Part shown: in pieces, positions 58,338-64,000 of the stretch
Layout of the letters: each line of letters opens with the position of its first letter
Position numbering within the stretch: the stretch's first letter is position 1
From: a virus
Strand: one strand, 5' to 3'
DNA length: 64,000 bases
IMG/VR virus record: IMGVR_UViG_3300047994_000162
Span: 4,536-68,535 of that record
The notes under the pieces: generated by a model
What the model saw: only the letters and a program-made list of their open reading frames with translations
Told to the model about the DNA's origin: nothing
The model's database searches: none
Translations under genes and position numbers: made by a program

Positions 58338-58939
58338 CGGACCTCCTCCACCGGCGCCGACAGCATCGCGACTGCCGATCGGTGCATCGTCGCGTAGCCG
58401 GCCAGCGATAGCCGGACTTCTTGGACAACCTCCGAATCGTTCGGCGGCCAGCTTTTCACCATCTTGCCGTCGCGCATGAAACCGTCGGATTGAATGCGCC
58501 GGCAGGCGCCCTCGATCGCCCAGGCGGGAAATGGCGCCAGCACGCGCATCACGGAATCGATCCGCGCCACCGCTTCGTCGTCGCTTTGGCGCATGGAATT
58601 GAACCCACCGAACATATCGGCCAGCGCCAGCGCGACCCGATCGCCATCCTGTTGCCCGGCATAGGGCTGGACGGCCGGCGCAAGCTGGGCGGCGCGCGCT
58701 TCGATCACAGCCCGCTCATCGTCGGTCAGCGGCCGGCGCAAGGCTCGGCGCCCGTTGTCCGGTATCCACGAACTCCAGACTCGGTCAGGAATTTCCCTGT
58801 CCGCCCGTGGGTCGAACGCTACCGGCAGATTCGTCAGATGATAGCTCGTCGTCAGCGCCGGGGCCGCGATGGCGTAGCCGTGCTGCAACTCCCGAGAACC
58901 CGACTTTTGTGTGAGGGCTGGCGCCTTGAGCTTTTGCAT
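58334..58939 (-). CDS. Replication-associated protein (loader-like)
   Basis: Follows initiator; LAPFPAWAI..AC...WPP. Confidence 0.5.
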   Translation of the reverse strand: MQKLKAPALTQKSGSRELQHGYAIAAPALTTSYHLTNLPVAFDPRADREIPDRVWSSWIPDNGRRALRRPLTDDERAVIEARAAQLAPAVQPYAGQQDGDRVALALADMFGGFNSMRQSDDEAVARIDSVMRVLAPFPAWAIEGACRRIQSDGFMRDGKMVKSWPPNDSEVVQEVRLSLAGYATMHRSAVAMLSAPVEEVR

Positions 58940-59630
58940 TCGGAGATCCTTCCTTTTCCGCCTTGTCTGAAAGCCAGTTGTGAAACGCTTGGTCCCAATT
59001 CGATTTGCGGGCGACCGCACGGTGGGCGTTCGCACCCGCCCAATTCCGCATGCGCTCGGCAAAGAAATCCACCCGGCGGCGATCGAACCCGAACTCGGCG
59101 CCCTTGGCGTAGTGGGTTTCTTTCGGCACCCAATCGCTAGGCAGCCGCTCGCCCTTGTCGGATTTGGCTCTTACTTTCTTCTTCACCTGAGACTCATCGA
59201 TATTGTTTTTTAAGTGAGTAAGAGGCGAATCTGATGCCGGCTGGCGCTGGGCTGGCGCGGCCTTGGCGGTCGCCAAATCCACATCCTTATTTTTCAATGC
59301 CTTAGCGTGACCACCCGCCGCGCCGTTGATTCTGTTTTGAGTCACCGCTTTCATCTGCTTTTCGACATCGGCAAGCACGCGTTTCTGGGTGATCTTGCCG
59401 TCTTTTTCGATCAGCAGCGCCATGATATCGGGCGCGATCTGGCGCCATTTTGCGACCGACATTTTGCAGATGCGGGCCAGCTTGGTCTCGTCGTTCGGCA
59501 GCCACGCACCGTGGCGCCGCATCGTCATCATCAGGAGCAAATAGGCGCCGTGCTGGATCGTCGAGAGGTGCTGGGTATCGGCCAGATAGTCAGCAATCCC
59601 GATCGGGAACTCGTCCAGCGGTTTGCTCAT
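58785..59630 (-). CDS. Replication initiator, YdaU/DUF1376 family
   Basis: DYLADTQHLS..QHGAYLLL; C-terminal WDQAFHNW. Confidence 0.85.
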   Translation of the reverse strand: MSKPLDEFPIGIADYLADTQHLSTIQHGAYLLLMMTMRRHGAWLPNDETKLARICKMSVAKWRQIAPDIMALLIEKDGKITQKRVLADVEKQMKAVTQNRINGAAGGHAKALKNKDVDLATAKAAPAQRQPASDSPLTHLKNNIDESQVKKKVRAKSDKGERLPSDWVPKETHYAKGAEFGFDRRRVDFFAERMRNWAGANAHRAVARKSNWDQAFHNWLSDKAEKEGSPNAKAQGASPHTKVGFSGVAARLRHRGPGADDELSSDESAGSVRPTGGQGNS

Positions 59631-59824
59631 GGCTTTCGATTTCGCAGGAAGGCGGCGATCGCGGCGGCGGTGTCCGGGTCGACTTTCTTGACGGAATGCG
59701 ATGTCGGCCCGGCGGCGGCCTCCCGCGGCACAGATGGCTCACGGAGATCGAGGCGGGACAGCGCATGGTCGCGGCGTGCCCGCATCCTTTTCTGGTTCTC
59801 ATGGGCCTTGAGATCGCGCGGCAT
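59627..59824 (-). CDS. Small basic protein
   Basis: Coupled ORF. Confidence 0.45.
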   Translation of the reverse strand: MPRDLKAHENQKRMRARRDHALSRLDLREPSVPREAAAGPTSHSVKKVDPDTAAAIAAFLRNRKP

Positions 59825-60513
59825 CAGATCAAGTCCCCGCCGATGAACTCGCGCCCGCTGGCACGGCATGCCTCAAGGACGCCGTAGCCACCCGCGCAGG
59901 GGTCGACGATCAGGTCGCCGCGGTTGGTGGCCGCCCGGATAAGGCGCTCGGTCAGGACGTATGGCTTCGCGTGCGCGTGGATCCTGCGGTCACTGGACTC
60001 GAGCCAGCAATCGTTGATGCGATGGTCGGTCCAGACGCCGGCCGCTCGAGTCGGGGCTTTCTGGACGATTAATAAAAACTCGGAAACACAACGTGCCCGG
60101 CGCCCCATGCCCGGGCGTAGTTTGTTCCACGCGATCATGTCGACGATCTGGAGCGATTTGGCGCGCCGCAGCCATCGATGATAGTGCCCGGACGCCAGCG
60201 AGAACTTGTCCATCCACAGCATAAGATGGCCGGACGGATGCAGCACCCGGGCCGCTTCCTCGATCACGAACGCGATCGTGTCGTCGTCCATTGATTTCAG
60301 CTTGGCGCGACCAGCCTGGCGGGCGAACTCGTTGCCGAACGCCATCTTGTCCAGCACGGCGCGATATTGCGGGTCGAAAAAGAACATGACCGCGATGCGA
60401 TCGGGGAGGCGGGAAAGCAGTTCGACGGCATCAATGCGCTGGCGCGAGTTGCGCTCGACATTCTTCAAAGAAAGTAGGCGTCGATCGACGCCTTTGCCGC
60501 GCTGCGCGCTCAT
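59824..60513 (-). CDS. DNA N6/N4 methyltransferase (beta-class order)
   Basis: FFDPQY motif IV; HAHAKP; IVDPCAGG motif I. Confidence 0.8.
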   Translation of the reverse strand: MSAQRGKGVDRRLLSLKNVERNSRQRIDAVELLSRLPDRIAVMFFFDPQYRAVLDKMAFGNEFARQAGRAKLKSMDDDTIAFVIEEAARVLHPSGHLMLWMDKFSLASGHYHRWLRRAKSLQIVDMIAWNKLRPGMGRRARCVSEFLLIVQKAPTRAAGVWTDHRINDCWLESSDRRIHAHAKPYVLTERLIRAATNRGDLIVDPCAGGYGVLEACRASGREFIGGDLI

Positions 60514-60594
60514 GATTTAGATTCCCTGCTGGTCGACACATAGCCCGAGTCGACTCGCGATGTCCACTCGATGGCGGGGACGTTAATCCCCGCG

Positions 60595-61209
60595 TCAGAA
60601 TTGCGGGGACAATTTATCGCGGGGCAAAAATTCGCGGATTTCGACCCGCAAGGCCGGCTGATCGGAATAGCGTTTGATGACCCGGCTGTCACAGCATTGC
60701 GAGTCTTCTTTCCACACGATGCCGTCGAGCGCGTCCCTGATCTTGAGATAATTGTCGTCGTCCGGACGCGAAGTCGGCAAGATCGCGCCGGCCAGCGCGG
60801 CCTCCTTGTCCCGCTTCGTCCAGCTTTCCGGGATCGGCTTGAACGCGTGCATCAGCAGCGCGACCGGGTTCTCTGTGGGCGGCCGGCCCTTCATGAACAG
60901 CGCGCCGGCTTCGGCCAGCACCTTTTCGTAAGCCTCGGTGCCGGGGTCCGGATACTGCTGAATGAACAGCCGTTTGACCTGTGATTTCTCGATGAAGCTG
61001 GAGCGGCCGGTGTGGGTCCAGACGTCTTTCGGGATGATGAGCCGGGAGCGATGCCGGGCCTTGTGCCCCGGCTTTCCGCGAAGCTCGAAACATAGAAAAA
61101 TCGGACCGACAACCAAAGGTGCCGGCCCGAGATTTGGGAGCGATTGTTGCTCGCCTACCACCGGCCTACTTGTCAGCGCCAGCCGCTTCGGCGACCTGTC
61201 TGGCGGCAT
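60595..61209 (-). CDS. rusA: RusA-family Holliday junction resolvase
   Basis: RPDDDNYLK..DALDGIVWKEDSQ. Confidence 0.85.
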   Translation of the reverse strand: MPPDRSPKRLALTSRPVVGEQQSLPNLGPAPLVVGPIFLCFELRGKPGHKARHRSRLIIPKDVWTHTGRSSFIEKSQVKRLFIQQYPDPGTEAYEKVLAEAGALFMKGRPPTENPVALLMHAFKPIPESWTKRDKEAALAGAILPTSRPDDDNYLKIRDALDGIVWKEDSQCCDSRVIKRYSDQPALRVEIREFLPRDKLSPQF

Positions 61210-61651
61210 CGCCGACCAGCCTCAATCCGCCACCGCCGCTTTGGCCGCCGGCCTCCGCGTCGGCTTTCGCGCCCCGCTTTTTCCGACCCTTGACGGCATC
61301 GGTCGCGCTGGTGTCGATCTTGTTGTCGTCGAACATTTCTTCTTGGGCCATCGCACGCTTGAGAATGCCCAGCTTCTTCATGCCGTCGATGATGTGGAAC
61401 ACCGTGACGTGCAAATCGCTGTCGTCCTCGATCGCGTCCAGCGCCAGCACAATGCGGGCGGCGCGTCGGTCCATGTGTTCCTCGTCGACCAGCCTGGCGA
61501 TCACCTTGCTAAAGGTGCCGTTGGCGGACGCGGCCCGCTTTTTGGCGGTGCGCTTGGCTTCTTGCGCTTCCTCCCACGCCGTCTTTTTCGGGAACATCAG
61601 CGTCGTCGCTTCGACAACACTGCCCTCGCCATTCGCCGGTGATCTCGCCAT
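61166..61651 (-). CDS. Putative DNA-binding protein (weakly GapR-like)
   Basis: Helical; position in replication operon. Confidence 0.4.
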   Translation of the reverse strand: MARSPANGEGSVVEATTLMFPKKTAWEEAQEAKRTAKKRAASANGTFSKVIARLVDEEHMDRRAARIVLALDAIEDDSDLHVTVFHIIDGMKKLGILKRAMAQEEMFDDNKIDTSATDAVKGRKKRGAKADAEAGGQSGGGGLRLVGDAARQVAEAAGADK

Positions 61652-61675
61652 CGTATTCTCCCCTGGGGTTGGTGG

Positions 61676-61876
61676 TCAGTTCAGTTTTGTGCCCGGCGGC
61701 GGCGCCGTCAGGAAATGGGCAGCCTCGTCGTCTTTCAGGATGTCATGCAGGAGCGATGCGGCGACCGCGCGCGGGTCGGCGTGGCAGATATCCGAAAGGC
61801 TTTGTAGCCGGGCAATCGTCTCCTGGGAGACGTCCAGCACAAGGCGGATTTTCGGGAGATCGTCGGCGTCTGACAT
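61676..61876 (-). CDS. Small ribbon-helix-helix-like protein
   Basis: IRLVLDVSQETIARL...SLLHDI..DD. Confidence 0.45.
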   Translation of the reverse strand: MSDADDLPKIRLVLDVSQETIARLQSLSDICHADPRAVAASLLHDILKDDEAAHFLTAPPPGTKLN

Positions 61877-61906
61877 GATTCGAAGGTTCTAGCGGATTTG
61901 CGACAT

Positions 61907-62185
61907 CTATTGGGCATTCGCTAATCCTTTGTCCACTTTTTTCCCCAACTTTTGGATCGGTTGGGTTTGCGGCCATGGCGTCCCGGTCGGCCATTCGGCC
62001 CGGAAACGATCGACCATTTCGTAGTAGTGGCTGATCCGGGTCGTCTGTTTGCCGGCGCCGTATTGCTCGAAAAAGTTCGATTTACCATGGATTTTCTTGG
62101 AGATCGTGGCGAGCGACCAGCCGGTGGCGTCGGCGAACACAGTCGCCAGCGCCATCAGGTTCTCCCGCATGATTTTCTCGGACAT
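61907..62185 (-). CDS. Cro-like HTH regulator
   Basis: SLATISKKIHG...W.P.W.P; first gene of leftward operon. Confidence 0.6.
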   Translation of the reverse strand: MSEKIMRENLMALATVFADATGWSLATISKKIHGKSNFFEQYGAGKQTTRISHYYEMVDRFRAEWPTGTPWPQTQPIQKLGKKVDKGLANAQ

Positions 62186-62223
62186 GGTCCGAATCGGTAT
62201 CACCGGCGGATTCCCGGCACAAG

Positions 62224-62271
62224 CGATTTTGCAAAATCGGGAGTTGACCCGGGGAAGTAAATCCCTAGATT
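62224..62271. promoter_or_regulatory. Divergent control region
   Basis: Palindrome CGATTTTGCAAAATCG (62224-62239); TTGACC-N16-TAGATT with operator-like motif as spacer. Confidence 0.55.
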
Positions 62272-62317
62272 GCATGTGCGTCGTGATCCCCATCCATGGG
62301 GACGGTCGGGTCGAATT

Positions 62318-62800
62318 ATGGATAAAGCGTCAAAAATTTGCTCTATCGAAGGCTGCCTCAGGCCCGCCCGATCCCGTGGTTGGTGCAATTCTCACTACGG
62401 TCGATGGCTTCGACACGGCGATCTCAAAACATCAATCCAGCCGCGCGCTCCTTTCAAGAGAGCGCCGCATGGTGATCCTATCGCATGGCTTCGCAAGCGC
62501 GTTTCTCACGCCGGAAAACGCTGCCTGATCTGGCCGTTCTCGCGGGTGGATTCCGGCTACGGCAGAGTCCGCTGGAATGGAAATCAAAGAGGCGCGCATC
62601 GAGTGATGTGCGAATTAGTTTATGGCCCGGCCCCGGCAAAGAAGCCTGAGGCACGGCATCTATGCGGTCGTGGGCATATAGCTTGCGTCCATCCAAAGCA
62701 CGTTATCTGGGGCACTAAAAAGGAAAACACCGCAGACAGAATTGCTCATCGCCACAATCTTAAACAGAAGCAACAAAGGAGACGACATGGCCACAAATAG
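62318..62800 (+). CDS. HNH endonuclease
   Basis: CSIEGC...WCNSHY; CLIWP...AHR...HLCG...CVHPKH..WGT..EN. Confidence 0.85.
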   Translation: MDKASKICSIEGCLRPARSRGWCNSHYGRWLRHGDLKTSIQPRAPFKRAPHGDPIAWLRKRVSHAGKRCLIWPFSRVDSGYGRVRWNGNQRGAHRVMCELVYGPAPAKKPEARHLCGRGHIACVHPKHVIWGTKKENTADRIAHRHNLKQKQQRRRHGHK

Positions 62801-63665
62801 CCCGCGTGCGATCGGGAGCAACACTCCGGACGCGATCGATTATGCCAAGGAGGAAACTGATCGCCTCAAGATCGATTACGCCGATCTGACCACCGCCGCC
62901 GAAGCGGCCGAGGCCGAGGAAGCCTCGATCGAAGGTATCGCTGGCCCCGACGATAAGGAGAAGGTCGTCGATCTCATCAAGCGCATTCGCGACATAAAGG
63001 TCCGAGCGCTGGGGCTGCACGAACTGGAAAAGCAGCCGCATCTACGCCGCGGCCAGGGCACCGACAATTTCTTCTTTGGGATCGTCGACCGCTTGCTCAA
63101 ACGGGCCAAGAACAACCTCGATGGCGCCGGCGATCGGCTGGGCAAAATGCTTACCGACTATGACGTCCGCGTGCTGGCCGAAGAAAACGAGCGGCGCCGC
63201 AAGGCGAAAGAGGAGGCCGACCGGATCGCCGCCAAGGCCGAAGCCGAGCGCATCGAGAAGGAACGCGTTGCGGAAGAAGCCCGGTTGGCCGCCGAACGCG
63301 CGCGCAAGCCCGAAACCACAGCCGCCAAGGAAACGGTCGCGGAGCAAAAAGAAGTCGAGGCCGGCAGCGCGCGGGTCGAAGAAGCGGTCGCCCAGAATGC
63401 TGCCGAGATCGCGCATGTCGAAACGCTGGCGCGCCCGGCCGACATCATGCGGAGCCGAACCAGCACCGGCACGCTGGCGACGATGCAGCAAGAAACCTAC
63501 GCCGAAATTGAGACGGTCGGCGAGCTCGATTCGGCAAAACTCTGGGGCTACGTCCCCTTTGCAGAAAAGGAAAAAGCGCTGCGCGCGTGGGCTAAATCGA
63601 CCGATTATCGGGAGCCGATGGCCGGCGCCAAGATCGGCCGGCGCCCGAAATCGACGGTGCGCTGA
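62787..63665 (+). CDS. Coiled-coil phage protein
   Basis: AAGGAG RBS; IGSN.P N-terminus, long Glu/Ala/Arg coil. Confidence 0.6.
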   Translation: MATNSPRAIGSNTPDAIDYAKEETDRLKIDYADLTTAAEAAEAEEASIEGIAGPDDKEKVVDLIKRIRDIKVRALGLHELEKQPHLRRGQGTDNFFFGIVDRLLKRAKNNLDGAGDRLGKMLTDYDVRVLAEENERRRKAKEEADRIAAKAEAERIEKERVAEEARLAAERARKPETTAAKETVAEQKEVEAGSARVEEAVAQNAAEIAHVETLARPADIMRSRTSTGTLATMQQETYAEIETVGELDSAKLWGYVPFAEKEKALRAWAKSTDYREPMAGAKIGRRPKSTVR

Positions 63666-63701
63666 TCACTAAAAATCCACCCAACCCCCCAAGCGAGGAT
63701 C

Positions 63702-64000
63702 ATGAACATGACACCAGAAAAAATCTTTTTGACCGTCAACAGTAAGCGGATGTCGTTGGCGAAATTGATTAAGGATCCCAAAGCTGCCACCGTCGTGAGG
63801 GTCGACAATTGCGCGGGCCTGACAGCGCTCCCCGAGTTGCCGGCTGCCACCGTCGTGAGGGTCGACAATTGCGCGGGCCTGACAGCGCTCCCCGAGTTGC
63901 CGGCTGCCACCGACGTGTGGGTCGACAATTGCGCGGGCCTGACAGCGCTCCCCGAGTTGCCGGCTGCCACCGTCGTGTGGGTCGACAATTGCGCGGGCCT
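63702..64000 (+). CDS. Leucine-rich-repeat protein (3'-truncated by window)
   Basis: GAGGA RBS; MNMTPEKIFL...DPK then (AATVVRVDNCAGLTALPELP)n. Confidence 0.85.
   Translation, partial: MNMTPEKIFLTVNSKRMSLAKLIKDPKAATVVRVDNCAGLTALPELPAATVVRVDNCAGLTALPELPAATDVWVDNCAGLTALPELPAATVVWVDNCAG
63783..64000 (+). repeat. 60-bp tandem repeat, at least 3.6 copies
   Basis: Units start at 63783, 63843, 63903 and 63963 and differ at only two positions. Confidence 0.97.

Larger units (their letters stand above)
1..64000. mobile_element. Tailed bacteriophage / prophage (contractile tail) filling the entire window
   Basis: Canonical order terminase-portal-MuF-protease-capsid-neck-sheath-tube-tape measure-baseplate-fibre-lysis, plus replication, RusA, HNH and MTase genes; no host housekeeping genes. 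Confidence 0.97.

Noticed and set aside
63783-64000. CRISPR array
   Set aside because: Units are contiguous 60-mers with no unique spacers and encode an in-frame LRR; no cas genes seen
63783-64000. Diversity-generating retroelement acting on the LRR
   Set aside because: Both differences involve A/T, but two sites are too few and no reverse transcriptase or template repeat is in the window
1-64000. tRNA, rRNA or integrase genes
   Set aside because: None recognised by eye; tRNAscan-SE, Infernal and HMM searches are needed to exclude them

Overview
The whole window is one tailed-phage genome segment with a contractile (myovirus-like) tail. It is GC-rich, and the host is probably an alphaproteobacterium of the Hyphomicrobiales/Bradyrhizobium type (inferred from the Omp25-like porin and the ParA-like family). 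The minus strand carries a long operon: replication/DNA-modification genes (62.2-54.2 kb), terminase, portal, MuF, protease, capsid, neck, sheath, tube, tape measure, baseplate, fibres and lysis (49.4-7.1 kb). Plus-strand early-type genes lie at both ends and in an island at 51-54 kb. No integrase or CI-type repressor is visible. An IS1-family element (4662-7084; 19-bp terminal IRs, 8-bp target duplication) carries a proteasome-like Ntn-hydrolase passenger. Notable features: two chromosome-type parS sites plus a ParA-like gene in the head operon; a ParB/methyltransferase/PLP-enzyme cassette suggesting DNA hypermodification; a methyltransferase-TPR-GT9 glycosyltransferase next to a giant Gly-rich repeat protein; four HiPIP-like 4-Cys domains, one fused to MuF; one small beta-domain inserted five times into virion proteins; signal peptides on fibre-like proteins; a near-perfect 60-bp LRR array running off the right edge; and several deletion/frameshift scars. 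All family assignments come from motif recognition by eye, not database searches.
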